From the NCBI GenBank assembly GCA_051892935.1, contig JBJFGS010000018.1:10753-74752 (forward strand): a DNA stretch of 64,000 nucleotides, read 5' to 3'. Positions 36,817-46,747 of this stretch are shown in pieces (the first letter of the stretch is position 1; the number at the start of each line of letters is the position of its first letter). The DNA is from Candidatus Coprovivens sp. (GTDB lineage: Bacteria; Bacillota_I; Bacilli_A; RF39; UBA660). The position numbers and the translations under genes are program-made. A model generated the notes under the pieces. It was not told where the DNA came from. It did not search any database and saw only the letters and a program-made list of their open reading frames with translations.

Positions 36817-38685
36817 ATGAAAGATTATACATTATTAAAAGACAGATTAACAAAAGAAAAACAAATAACTACCAAAGACATAGTTTCTTTAGGCTTTAGC
36901 CAATATGATATAAAAGTATTTATTGAAAACAACATTTTAACTAAAGTATCTAGAGGTTTATATTACTATCGTCCTTCTTTAATTGCAGAAGAAACAGAAA
37001 AAAACAATATAGAAGAACAAATGCAAGAAAAAAAAACAGAAGAACAAGAAAAACAAAATATAAAAGATGACCTAAATTATCAAGTTAAAAATGCAACATA
37101 TCTAATGATAAAAAAAGAAACAGATAAAGCTATTAAATCATTTGAAGAAGTACTAAAAAAAGACCCAAGCAATCAATATGCAAGATTTGCTATCTTTGCA
37201 TGCTTTATGTTTAAAAAAGATTTTGCAACTGCTTATAATAAATTAATTCAATTATATAATAATCGAATAAATGATGAACTTTTATTTAATATATATTATT
37301 ATATGTTACTCTTAAAAGAGTTAATTCCAATAGATGAAAAAATATTAAATGATATAGCAAATATTATAGCAACAGAAGGAACAAATATTAAAAGACCACA
37401 AGAAGGTTCAACCACTAAAAAATTAATAAGAGCTATCAGTAAAGAAGATTGGGAAAAAGCTTTTAAGTATGCAAACATTAATATAAGCATTGATAGAAAT
37501 CAAAGAAAATATCATCTCACTAATCAATGTTATAGATTTTTAGTAATAGCAGTTATTAAAAGTAAAAACTTAATATTCGAAAGAAAACAAGAAGAACCAG
37601 TCCCAGAAATAGAAATTGAAGAAGAACCAACTATCATTGTTCCACAAACTACAATAGATCAAACAATTAAACAAAATTTACTATTAGAAGCAATCAATAG
37701 TAATGATTATCAAACAGCACTAACTCTTTTAGAACAAGAAAAAATAGATAATCCTGAATTAATAATAAAAACTCTATTAACAAAACTTCATAGTATTCAA
37801 AGTCTAATAACCACAACAATCCCAATAAAAGTAACTACTACAGAAAATGTAAGATTAGTAGATGAAAATGAATTAGAAACACCAAAACTAACTGAAAAAG
37901 CTTTTGAGGAAGAAAAAAAAGTTGAACCACCAATAGTAACACCAACTAATCCTGAATCAAGCAAGAGTAATCCAGAACAACTAATAAATACTGCTTATAT
38001 GGCATACAAGGAATTTTTAACTATACAAAACTTCGAAGAAGCTCGACGTAATCTACAAAGATATGAATACTTAATTAATAATAACGGAGCACATCGTAAT
38101 ATAAAATACCACTATAATAGAATAGCATTATTAGAACAAGAATATACTTCCAATCCAAACAGATACTTTCAACATCAAGATTTACAAGAAAAAATTTTTC
38201 AAGCTAAAAAAAGAAAATCTTATAAAGAAGTTTTATCTTTAATATCTGAATATAAAAGATTAGGCGGTATAATCCAGCCAATAGTTCAAGTAATAGAAGC
38301 CGAAATGTACATAATGCAAAACGACCTTGAACAAGCAGAAATAATACTCTCTAATATAAAAGATAATGAAGAACCTGAGTACTTTACTGCTAAAGCACGT
38401 ATTTACTATGAGCAAAGAAAATTTGAAGAATGTATAAAAATGTGTATTGCTTATAATGAGAGAAGACCATCATATAATGCCGCTAATTACATTATGTTAG
38501 CTAATTGTTATAAAAGGTTAAATAAACCAAGTAAAGCATTAAAAGCACTACGTAAAGCAGATGAAATAAATAAAGCAAAAAATTATATTAAAGATTTATC
38601 CAGTGATATAGCTGATTTAGAATATCAATCAGATATTCAAAAAGAAATACGATTATCTATGACCCCTAAAAAAAATAAAAAATAA
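36817..38685 (+). CDS. AbiEi-type winged-HTH fused to TPR repeats
   Basis: ITTKDIVSLGFS..LTKVSRGLY N-terminus; TPR patterns AIKSFEEVLKKDPSNQYA, ARIYYEQRKFEEC, LANCYKRL..KALKA. Confidence 0.7.
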   Translation: MKDYTLLKDRLTKEKQITTKDIVSLGFSQYDIKVFIENNILTKVSRGLYYYRPSLIAEETEKNNIEEQMQEKKTEEQEKQNIKDDLNYQVKNATYLMIKKETDKAIKSFEEVLKKDPSNQYARFAIFACFMFKKDFATAYNKLIQLYNNRINDELLFNIYYYMLLLKELIPIDEKILNDIANIIATEGTNIKRPQEGSTTKKLIRAISKEDWEKAFKYANINISIDRNQRKYHLTNQCYRFLVIAVIKSKNLIFERKQEEPVPEIEIEEEPTIIVPQTTIDQTIKQNLLLEAINSNDYQTALTLLEQEKIDNPELIIKTLLTKLHSIQSLITTTIPIKVTTTENVRLVDENELETPKLTEKAFEEEKKVEPPIVTPTNPESSKSNPEQLINTAYMAYKEFLTIQNFEEARRNLQRYEYLINNNGAHRNIKYHYNRIALLEQEYTSNPNRYFQHQDLQEKIFQAKKRKSYKEVLSLISEYKRLGGIIQPIVQVIEAEMYIMQNDLEQAEIILSNIKDNEEPEYFTAKARIYYEQRKFEECIKMCIAYNERRPSYNAANYIMLANCYKRLNKPSKALKALRKADEINKAKNYIKDLSSDIADLEYQSDIQKEIRLSMTPKKNKK

Positions 38686-38753
38686 TTAAAAAAGGATAGA
38701 GTTATTTGAAAATACTTAAAATTTGATATAATATAATTAATAGGAGGTACAAT

Positions 38754-39914
38754 ATGAGTACTATTGTTATGAATAAAAAAGATGAAATAATTATGAAATT
38801 AGTTCATTATTTCATTACCGAAGAAAATTATAATCCTATAGTAGTTAATGGAGTAAAAGATGAAATATGGTTAGAAAACTCTGAAGGACCATATCGTATC
38901 ATAAGAATTAATTCGAATAATATTTTTAATAAAGAACAATTAAATTATGATTTTTTCAAAATAGAAAGTATTGTTCGTCAAATAAAAAAGAAAACATTAT
39001 CATTTAATGTTAATACTCTAAATATATTATTAGATGTTAATGAAGATTTAAAAATAGAAGCACCTAAAAATATAAAACCAGTACCATTAATTGGAAATGA
39101 TTTAAATATTACTGATGAAGATATCTTAGAAGCTTTTCCAAACATTAATGAGAAACTACTAAAAGATTCAACTGGAGTAGATTTAATAATAAATGTAACT
39201 AAAGATATCAATGAAAAAACAGAAAAAGATAATAGAATATATGAAAAAACATTTAAACCTAAAAAGATTGTTTTTACAAATCTAATAATTATTGCTTGTA
39301 TCATAATGTTTATCATAGAATGCATTATGGATGGAGCAGGTGTTCTATTTAAAGGAGTAACTACTTCTACGGCAATTAATCTAGGAGCTAATATAAGAGC
39401 GCTATTACAAGCAGGAGAAATATGGCGATTAGTTACAGCAGCATTCTTACATGCCAATTTAATTCACTTAGCACTTAATATGTATTCATTATATATAGTT
39501 GGTAGTCAAATAGAAACATTCCTAGGTAAAGTAAAATTCCTTATAATATACTTTATAAGTGCAATAGCCGGATGTTTATTATCAGCAGTTTCTTCAGGTT
39601 CTCCATCTGTTGGAGCATCTGGAGCAATATTTGGTCTACTAGGAGCATTATTATATTTTGGATATCATTATCGTACTTATTTAGGTAATGTTGTTAAAAC
39701 ACAAATATTACCAATTATAGTTTTAAACTTAGCTATCGGATTTATGTCAACAAGTATTGACAACTTTGCTCATATAGGTGGTTTAATAGGTGGAATATTC
39801 ACAACAATGGCTCTTGGTGTAGATGGACGATCTAAAACATATGAGAAAATAAATGGTTTCCTATGTTTAATTATTTTTATAGGATTCCTTAGTTATTTAT
39901 TATTCTTTGCATAA
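38754..39914 (+). CDS. Rhomboid intramembrane serine protease (GluP/YqgP-like)
   Basis: GEIWRLVTAAFLH, HL.LN, GASGAIFG, AHIGG; soluble N-terminal domain. Confidence 0.93.
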   Translation: MSTIVMNKKDEIIMKLVHYFITEENYNPIVVNGVKDEIWLENSEGPYRIIRINSNNIFNKEQLNYDFFKIESIVRQIKKKTLSFNVNTLNILLDVNEDLKIEAPKNIKPVPLIGNDLNITDEDILEAFPNINEKLLKDSTGVDLIINVTKDINEKTEKDNRIYEKTFKPKKIVFTNLIIIACIIMFIIECIMDGAGVLFKGVTTSTAINLGANIRALLQAGEIWRLVTAAFLHANLIHLALNMYSLYIVGSQIETFLGKVKFLIIYFISAIAGCLLSAVSSGSPSVGASGAIFGLLGALLYFGYHYRTYLGNVVKTQILPIIVLNLAIGFMSTSIDNFAHIGGLIGGIFTTMALGVDGRSKTYEKINGFLCLIIFIGFLSYLLFFA

Positions 39915-39944
39915 AAAAACTTAATCACATGATTAAGTTTTTTT
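39913..39944. terminator. Bidirectional terminator between rhomboid and lexA
   Basis: AAAAAAACTTAATC-acat-GATTAAGTTTTTTT. Confidence 0.8.
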
Positions 39945-39965
39945 CTATTCCTTCTTCTTTAATTA

Positions 39966-40586
39966 TTATAAACTTCTATATAAGCCAATAGCTTTACCTA
40001 ATATTGTACAATTATCTAATATAATAGGACTCATTGTATCATTCTCAGGTTGTAATCTAATATAATCCTTTTCTTTATAAAAAGTCTTCAACGTAACATC
40101 TCCATCATCAGTCATAGCAACAACTATTTCACCATTACGAGCAACTTTTTGCTTTTGAACTATAATTATATCTCCATCATAGATACCTACATTTATCATT
40201 GACTCACCACTAGCTTTCAAAGTAAATATAGTCTCCCTAGCAGGAATTAAACTAGCGGGCAATGTAAACCATTCATCAGGATTTTCAATTGCTTCAATTG
40301 GATTACCACAAGAAACAGTACCTAATAACGGAACTTTAACTAATTCTTCATCTTTTTTAGCAAATTCATTATCACCAACAATTTCAATTGTTCTAAATTT
40401 TGAATTAGTTTTTCTTATACAACCAGCATCTTCTAATTTTTTTAAATGTGTATGTACAGTAGCAGGTGATGATAAACCAAGTGCTGAACCAATTTCTCTT
40501 GTTGAAGGTGGAAATCCATGCTCAACTACATATTTTTTTATATAGTTAAGAACATCTTCTTGTCTTTTTGTAATGTTTTTATCCAT
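39966..40586 (-). CDS. lexA: SOS repressor LexA
   Basis: GFPPSTREIG..SPATVH.HL, VSCGNP cleavage region, GESM, VTLK; GGAGGT RBS before ATG at 40586. Confidence 0.97.
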   Translation of the reverse strand: MDKNITKRQEDVLNYIKKYVVEHGFPPSTREIGSALGLSSPATVHTHLKKLEDAGCIRKTNSKFRTIEIVGDNEFAKKDEELVKVPLLGTVSCGNPIEAIENPDEWFTLPASLIPARETIFTLKASGESMINVGIYDGDIIIVQKQKVARNGEIVVAMTDDGDVTLKTFYKEKDYIRLQPENDTMSPIILDNCTILGKAIGLYRSL

Positions 40587-40630
40587 ATGCTTACCTCCAT
40601 TTAAATAATAGCATATCAAGTGTAAAAAGT

Positions 40631-40682
40631 CAAACAAATGTTTTATTATATTATTGACACGAACGAATGTATGTAATATAAT
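40631..40682. promoter_or_regulatory. Two LexA (Cheo-type) boxes over divergent promoters
   Basis: CAAACAAATGTTTT (40631-40644) overlaps the lexA -35; CGAACGAATGTATG (40660-40673) lies in the spacer of a perfect TTGACA-17-TATAAT (40654-40682). Confidence 0.8.
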
Positions 40683-40713
40683 AAAGATGGTAAAAGGAAG
40701 AAGGAGTGATTAT

Positions 40714-40848
40714 ATGAAAAATGAAACTATTAGAAATATGGCAGGAATTATACTATTTTATTTATTTATAGTATTAGGTGTTGTTGCAATTAATGCTAGA
40801 ATGGCAAGTATTTCTGAAAATGCCAATGTAGTAACCATGTCTAATTAA
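40714..40848 (+). CDS. 44-aa single-TM peptide in the yneA/sosA position, candidate SOS division inhibitor
   Basis: AAGGAG RBS; divergent from lexA; one TM; followed by terminator ATATCAGTT/AACTGATAT+T. Confidence 0.7.
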   Translation: MKNETIRNMAGIILFYLFIVLGVVAINARMASISENANVVTMSN

Positions 40849-40906
40849 TATCAGTTTTAACTGATATTTTTTTATGATATAATAAAAAAATAGAAGAGGT
40901 GTTCAT

Positions 40907-42004
40907 ATGAAAGATAACAACGAAAATAATAACGATAATCTATTTACCCAAATGTTCGGAATTGAATCAGAACAACAAACTCCACCGATTACAAAAGAAG
41001 AGCCAATTATGCAAGAAAATCCATTCCAAACTCTCGATTCATCTGAACAACACCCAAATATAAAAGAAGAACAAAATACTCTGGAAGACAACAAATCAAT
41101 TCAATCATTAAATCAAAACAATCCCAATAAACCAAATAATGAACCAGATATAATAACATTAACTTCTACTCCAAAAGAAGAACCAAATACAATAAAAGAA
41201 CAACCTCCACAAGAAAATATCATTCCAAAATTTGATTCAAATGCTATCCCAACAAATCAATATAATCAGTACTCAGATAATAATCAATTAGATAATGATG
41301 ATATATCTACAAACGGAACAGGTTTAAAAATCTCGTTAGTATTAATAGGAATCATAGTTCTCTCATTTGGATGGTTATATTTTTATAATTTTGTTCTTAA
41401 TCCTAGCACAGAAAATCCTAACCAACAATTAGAAAAAAACTCATCAACTGATGAAAAAGAAGACGAAGAAACAGAAGAACCAATTGTAATTAACTTTTCT
41501 CAAAATCTAAGTTTTTATAAAGGTTTAGTAGATGATGAAAACGAACTAAATCAAGAAACACCTTACGAACCAGCAGCCAAAACAGGAGTTATAAAATGTG
41601 AATTAATTGAACCATTAAAAGATAGTTCATTAACTACTAATACAATCACATATTTATATTACGAAAAAAACTTATTAAAAAAATCATATATGCAACAAAT
41701 GATTAATATTAGTGATAAAAATACATTTACTACTTTAGCAAATTACTACAAAGAACTTGAAAGTCAATATACTAACACTGAAAATTTTACTCTTGATATT
41801 CAAATAGATTATATATCTCAAACTATTACTGTCGGAATATTTTCTAATTTAGCATATGGTAGTTATGTAAAATCTCCAATAGAAGGAATGAATCTCCAAA
41901 TAAAACTAAATTATAACGATACAATAAAGAAATCAATGGGAGTTCTTCTTGGTGCTGAAGAAACTCTAGGTAACGTAAAATGTAGTTCAGTTAAAACATC
42001 ATAA
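40907..42004 (+). CDS. Hypothetical bitopic membrane protein with disordered N/Q/P/E-rich N-terminus
   Basis: Low-complexity N-terminus, single TM, C-terminal domain with two Cys. Confidence 0.7.
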   Translation: MKDNNENNNDNLFTQMFGIESEQQTPPITKEEPIMQENPFQTLDSSEQHPNIKEEQNTLEDNKSIQSLNQNNPNKPNNEPDIITLTSTPKEEPNTIKEQPPQENIIPKFDSNAIPTNQYNQYSDNNQLDNDDISTNGTGLKISLVLIGIIVLSFGWLYFYNFVLNPSTENPNQQLEKNSSTDEKEDEETEEPIVINFSQNLSFYKGLVDDENELNQETPYEPAAKTGVIKCELIEPLKDSSLTTNTITYLYYEKNLLKKSYMQQMINISDKNTFTTLANYYKELESQYTNTENFTLDIQIDYISQTITVGIFSNLAYGSYVKSPIEGMNLQIKLNYNDTIKKSMGVLLGAEETLGNVKCSSVKTS

Positions 42005-42078
42005 GCAAATTATCAATTTGCTTTTTTATTTTAAATTAAAAAAATATATTGTATAATCTTAATAAGAGGTTGGTAAAC

Positions 42079-43212
42079 ATGAAAAAAAGAATTTTGTTAA
42101 CTTATGCAATGTATGGTAATGGGCATCGTGCAGTTGCACAATATATTGAGAGTTATTTCAAATCCCAAGATCCAGAACTTGAAATATTAGCAATCGATTT
42201 ACTTAAATATTCAACACCAGTTATAGGAAGACTTAGTCAAAAAGTAACCGACTTTTTTCTTCTAAAATTTCCCGCTGGATGGTCTTTTATATATAATTTA
42301 TTTGATTCAAAATTAAGTGCAGCAATAGCTAGTAAAGCTAGTATGGGCGTTTTTCAAAATAAACATATGAGAAAAGTCATTACAGATTTTAATCCTGATT
42401 TAACGATATCTACCCATTTCTTTGGTAGCAGTTTAATTGACTATTACAATCGTAAAGGTATAACAAATAGTAAACTTATTACAGTAGTAACTGATTACGA
42501 AGCCCACGCGTTATGGTTAAGAGGATACAAAAGGGAACAAGCTATCATAGTAGGTGATAAAGATGAAGTATCATACCTAGTTAAAAAAGGTGTTGAACGC
42601 TCTAAAATCAAACCAATTGGTATTCCGATAAATCCAATTACTAGTAATAACTTTAATGTTGAAAAAGCAACTAAAAAATATGGTTTTTCTGGAGTAAGAC
42701 CAATCTGCTTATTCTTTGGTGGTGGTGGAAATGGTGGTACATTATCATTACCATATATTAAAGGTATAATTAAGAATAATCTAAATATTGATTTTATCTA
42801 TGTTGCCGGTAAAAATCAAAAATCAAAAGAAAAAGTAGATAAGTGGATAGAAGAATACGGAGTAACTAATATCAAAACACTAGGTTTTGTAAATAATGTA
42901 CCAGAACTATTACAAATCTGTGATTTCGTCGTATCAAAACCAGGTGGAGCTCAATCAACAGAAAGCCTATATTTTAAAAAGCCAATTATTATGATTAATT
43001 GTAGTGGTGGTCAAGAAGTAGCTAATTTCAAATACTTTGAAAAAAATGGTTACGGAAAAAGATTCAGAACATCATTTATGTTTAACATATACATGAAAAG
43101 AATATCTGAAAATCCTAGTATAATTGATAAAATGAAAAAGAACATGAGTAAAAATAAAAACAATCAAGCTATGGAAAAACTATATAAAATAGCTCTTCAA
43201 CATCTAAAATAA
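42079..43212 (+). CDS. Diacylglycerol glycosyltransferase (UgtP/MGDG synthase family)
   Basis: YGNGH, STHF, VVTDY..H, IGIPI, SKPGG, GQE. Confidence 0.9.
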   Translation: MKKRILLTYAMYGNGHRAVAQYIESYFKSQDPELEILAIDLLKYSTPVIGRLSQKVTDFFLLKFPAGWSFIYNLFDSKLSAAIASKASMGVFQNKHMRKVITDFNPDLTISTHFFGSSLIDYYNRKGITNSKLITVVTDYEAHALWLRGYKREQAIIVGDKDEVSYLVKKGVERSKIKPIGIPINPITSNNFNVEKATKKYGFSGVRPICLFFGGGGNGGTLSLPYIKGIIKNNLNIDFIYVAGKNQKSKEKVDKWIEEYGVTNIKTLGFVNNVPELLQICDFVVSKPGGAQSTESLYFKKPIIMINCSGGQEVANFKYFEKNGYGKRFRTSFMFNIYMKRISENPSIIDKMKKNMSKNKNNQAMEKLYKIALQHLK

Positions 43213-43317
43213 GTCCTATCAAGGACTTTATTTTAATTTACTACAAAAAGAAACTTAATTTTTTTAATTTACTATTAACTAAAAATTGGTATAATTATAA
43301 AGTAGGAGAGTGATAAT

Positions 43318-45300
43318 ATGAACCCTGAACTTCATTCACTTAATAGTTTAAGAGTCTTAAGTGTCGACATGATATCATATGCCAAAAGTGGACATCCTGG
43401 TATTTGTCTGGGCGCAGCTCCAATTATATTTAGTTTATACACAAATCACTTAATAGCAAATCCAGCTGATCCAAAGTGGCCTAATAGAGATCGTTTTGTA
43501 ATGTCAGCAGGACATGGGTCAGCATTACTTTATGCAATGCTATTCATGGCCGGATATGATATATCAATTGATGATTTAGTTGACTTCAGAAAAATATCAT
43601 CAAAGACACCAGGACACCCTGAATATGGAGTAACACCAGGCGTTGAGGTTTCAACTGGACCATTAGGACAAGGGTTAGCAAACGCAGTTGGAATGGCTAT
43701 GGCTGAAAAATACCTTGCAGCATTAGTTGAAGAAGAAATACCTAAACAAAAAGTTATTAATTATCATGTTTACTGTCTTGTTGGTGATGGTGACTTAATG
43801 GAAGGTATAGCTGATGAAGCAGCTTCTTTAGCTGGTAATCTTGCATTAGATAACTTAATAGTATTATATGATTCAAATGATATAACGTTAGATGGTGAAA
43901 TGAAAAAAACATCTAATACCAACATCATTCAAAAGTATATTAATATGGGTTGGGAAGTAGACTTTGTCGGTGAAGGAAATGAAATAAAAGAAATTGATAA
44001 AGCAATTGAAAGAGCTAAAATAAATCGTAAACCAACCTTAATAGAAATCAAAACTGTAATAGGCCGTGGTTCTCAGCACGAAGGAAAAAACCTTGTTCAT
44101 GGAAAACCATTAAGTAGAGAAGACCTAGTAATTGTAAGAAAAAAATATGGTATAGAAACAAACACAATGGAAATAACAGAAAACGCTGTTAAATATGTTC
44201 GTGAAACAATTAATAGTCGTGTACGTAATCAATACACAACTTGGAAAAAATCCCTTGAACAAATAAAAAGAGATGGACCAACTGAAAAATTAAAAAGTAT
44301 CTTAAATTTCATTGAAACTGGCGATGATGGCTTAAATTTTAGTAGTTCTAGTTTTAAAATACAAAATAACTATAGTGAAGAATTACGTGAATCAAATTCA
44401 AAAATAATGAATATAGTAAGCGATCGCTCAAAATTTTTCTTAGGCGGTAGTGCTGATTTATCTACATCATGTCATACAGCTTTATATAAAGAAGTAGACT
44501 ATAGTAGAAAAGAAAGAACAGGAAGAAACATTTTCTTTGGTGTAAGAGAACATGCTATGGCTGCTATTTTAAATGGAATGTCCTTAAGTGGCTTAAGAAC
44601 ATTCGGTTCAACATTCCTAGTTTTTTCTGACTATCTAAAACCAGCTCTAAGAATGACTGCTCAAATGAACTTACCAGTTACATATATCTTTACTCATGAC
44701 TCCGTATCCATAGGGCAAGACGGACCATCCCATCAACCAATAGAACAACTAGCAATGCTAAGAACAACTCCAAACTTAATAGTATTCCGCCCTGCAGATA
44801 TTAATGAAGTAATTGGCAGTTGGGATTATATCATAAGTAATAAACGTCCAGTAGCTATCGTATTATCCAAAGATGAAGCTCATATCCTTGCTGGAACAAG
44901 TGGAGAACAAACTAAAAATGGTGCATACATAATCAAAAAAGAAACATCAAGATTAGATGCTGTTTTAATAAGTACTGGAATAGATCTAACAACAACTTAT
45001 TTAATAAGTGAAGAATTACGTAGTAGAGGAATAGATACTAGATTAGTATCAATGCCATCTGTCGAAGTCTTCCTAAATCAATCAGAAAGTTATCAAAACG
45101 AAATTATTCCACCAAATGCCAAAGTAATAACCGTGGAAGCATCCTCAACAATGCCTTGGTATCGTTTTGCTTCACGTGGTTGTGCAATAGGTATGGATGA
45201 ATTTGGTTATAGTGGTAAAAAAGATGATGTTTTAGAAAAAATGAACTTTGATTACGATTCAATAATGAAAAAAGTAGAAAACTGTATTAGAAATAACTAA
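43318..45300 (+). CDS. tkt: Transketolase
   Basis: SGHPG, RDRFVMSAGHGS, GDGDLMEG, GVREHAM, THDSVSIGQDGPSHQP. Confidence 0.97.
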   Translation: MNPELHSLNSLRVLSVDMISYAKSGHPGICLGAAPIIFSLYTNHLIANPADPKWPNRDRFVMSAGHGSALLYAMLFMAGYDISIDDLVDFRKISSKTPGHPEYGVTPGVEVSTGPLGQGLANAVGMAMAEKYLAALVEEEIPKQKVINYHVYCLVGDGDLMEGIADEAASLAGNLALDNLIVLYDSNDITLDGEMKKTSNTNIIQKYINMGWEVDFVGEGNEIKEIDKAIERAKINRKPTLIEIKTVIGRGSQHEGKNLVHGKPLSREDLVIVRKKYGIETNTMEITENAVKYVRETINSRVRNQYTTWKKSLEQIKRDGPTEKLKSILNFIETGDDGLNFSSSSFKIQNNYSEELRESNSKIMNIVSDRSKFFLGGSADLSTSCHTALYKEVDYSRKERTGRNIFFGVREHAMAAILNGMSLSGLRTFGSTFLVFSDYLKPALRMTAQMNLPVTYIFTHDSVSIGQDGPSHQPIEQLAMLRTTPNLIVFRPADINEVIGSWDYIISNKRPVAIVLSKDEAHILAGTSGEQTKNGAYIIKKETSRLDAVLISTGIDLTTTYLISEELRSRGIDTRLVSMPSVEVFLNQSESYQNEIIPPNAKVITVEASSTMPWYRFASRGCAIGMDEFGYSGKKDDVLEKMNFDYDSIMKKVENCIRNN

Positions 45301-45314
45301 AAACGACAAAAACT

Positions 45315-45348
45315 AATCACCAAGTTTTATAAAATAAACTTGGTGATT
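45315..45348 (+). promoter_or_regulatory. Inverted repeat burying sirA RBS, with -10-like loop
   Basis: AATCACCAAGTTT-tataaaat-AAACTTGGTGATT (13 bp perfect). Confidence 0.7.
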
Positions 45349-45351
45349 TTA

Positions 45352-45765
45352 ATGAGAACTTTCTACCTATTTAAAATAAAACCAGAATACTCAATACTAA
45401 CAAAAGAAAATCCCTATAACCTATATAAAGCAATAGAAGGAATATACCACTTAAAACAAGAAGAACTAACAAATGGATATAACTTCTTTAATCAAATAAG
45501 AGATACATTTAATAAAGAATACCTAGATAACAACATATTTGAATACTATAAAAATAAGTATACTTATACTAAAGTAAATAACACACATATAATAAATGAT
45601 TATTATACAGAAGAAAAATCAAAACTAATAATAAACAAAACATACCTTATAATTAAAACAACTCTAGAATATTCTTCATTCTTAAAAGCTATAACTAAGA
45701 AAAAAAATATCTTTGTTTGTGATTTTGATAATATAGATTACTTTTGGTTAGAAGAATATCAATAA
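45352..45765 (+). CDS. sirA: Sporulation inhibitor of replication SirA (YneE)
   Basis: MRTFYLFKIK N-terminus, FVCDF.N.DYFWL C-terminus; tkt-sirA-yneF order as in Bacillus. Confidence 0.75.
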   Translation: MRTFYLFKIKPEYSILTKENPYNLYKAIEGIYHLKQEELTNGYNFFNQIRDTFNKEYLDNNIFEYYKNKYTYTKVNNTHIINDYYTEEKSKLIINKTYLIIKTTLEYSSFLKAITKKKNIFVCDFDNIDYFWLEEYQ

Positions 45766-45822
45766 TCACTTGTTAAATACATAAATATTTAGTAAAATAA
45801 ACATACAAAGGAGAGTGCTAAT

Positions 45823-46032
45823 ATGTGGATAGACATCTTATATATAGTAATAGGCTTAGTAGTAGGATTTATTATAGGATTTCTTATTACTAGAAAAATA
45901 TTTAAAAAACAATTAGAGGAAAATCCTCCAATAAATAAAAAAATGATAGAAGCTATGATGAGTAGTATGGGAAGAAAACCAAGTCAAAAACAAGTAAGAC
46001 AAGTAATGCAACAAATGAATAAGTTCAGATAA
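45823..46032 (+). CDS. yneF: YneF family (UPF0154) protein
   Basis: TM then [27 protein letters not shown]. Confidence 0.93.
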   Translation: MWIDILYIVIGLVVGFIIGFLITRKIFKKQLEENPPINKKMIEAMMSSMGRKPSQKQVRQVMQQMNKFR

Positions 46033-46170
46033 AAAGATATTTTTAAATATCTTTTTTTAAATATCTTTAAAAAAATAAAAAAATGTCGTACAATATTTTT
46101 ATAAATAACAATTGAGAAATATACATATTTTATGTTATTCTTAATATATAGAATAAAAGGGTGTGCGACA

Positions 46171-46668
46171 ATGAATTTACTAATCGTTTTAAATATAATT
46201 AATCAAATATATGAACATGAACTATTTCCTAAAGTTTTAACATGCGCAATTATACTCCTAATATTTTTATTTATTTTAATCTTTATAATAGGTCTTCGTG
46301 ACGCAAAAAAAACAAAAAATCCCCCTAAAATTGAAGAAGAAGATATAAAAGATATTACATTTGATGTTGTAAAAGAACAAAATCAAATAAAAGAAGATGT
46401 TACATTTGAAATGCCCGTTTTGACAAAAAATCTAGAAGACTTCAAAAAAAACCTTGAAGAAGAAATTCAAAAAGAATCAGAAGTAGAAATAATGAAAACA
46501 ATAAATCCAGATATTCCAGAAGAAAAAGCAACCAAAATTCTTGATATTAAAGAAATAGAAGATACCGCGATACTTCCTGAACTAGTTACTGAAAGAATCG
46601 AGAAACTAAAAGAAAATAGTGAAAAAGAAATGGAATTACCAAAATATTCAAACAAGTCCGAAAAATAA
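46171..46668 (+). CDS. Hypothetical membrane protein with acidic cytoplasmic tail
   Basis: One TM then E/K-rich region; start uncertain. Confidence 0.6.
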   Translation: MNLLIVLNIINQIYEHELFPKVLTCAIILLIFLFILIFIIGLRDAKKTKNPPKIEEEDIKDITFDVVKEQNQIKEDVTFEMPVLTKNLEDFKKNLEEEIQKESEVEIMKTINPDIPEEKATKILDIKEIEDTAILPELVTERIEKLKENSEKEMELPKYSNKSEK

Positions 46669-46747
46669 AGGAGAATTGACATTATCAATCGTCAAATCTC
46701 TTTTTTTTTTCACCAAACTTGTGTTATACTAGCTATGGTGAAAAAGA

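Noticed and set aside
36817-38685. Type IV toxin-antitoxin (AbiE) system
   Set aside because: Only the N-terminal wHTH resembles AbiEi; no AbiEi C-terminal domain or AbiEii toxin gene is adjacent
46112-46141. dif site near parE/parC (TTATGTTA resembles a XerD arm)
   Set aside because: No XerC arm and no strand-bias switch; better explained as a TTGAGA / TGnTATTCT promoter
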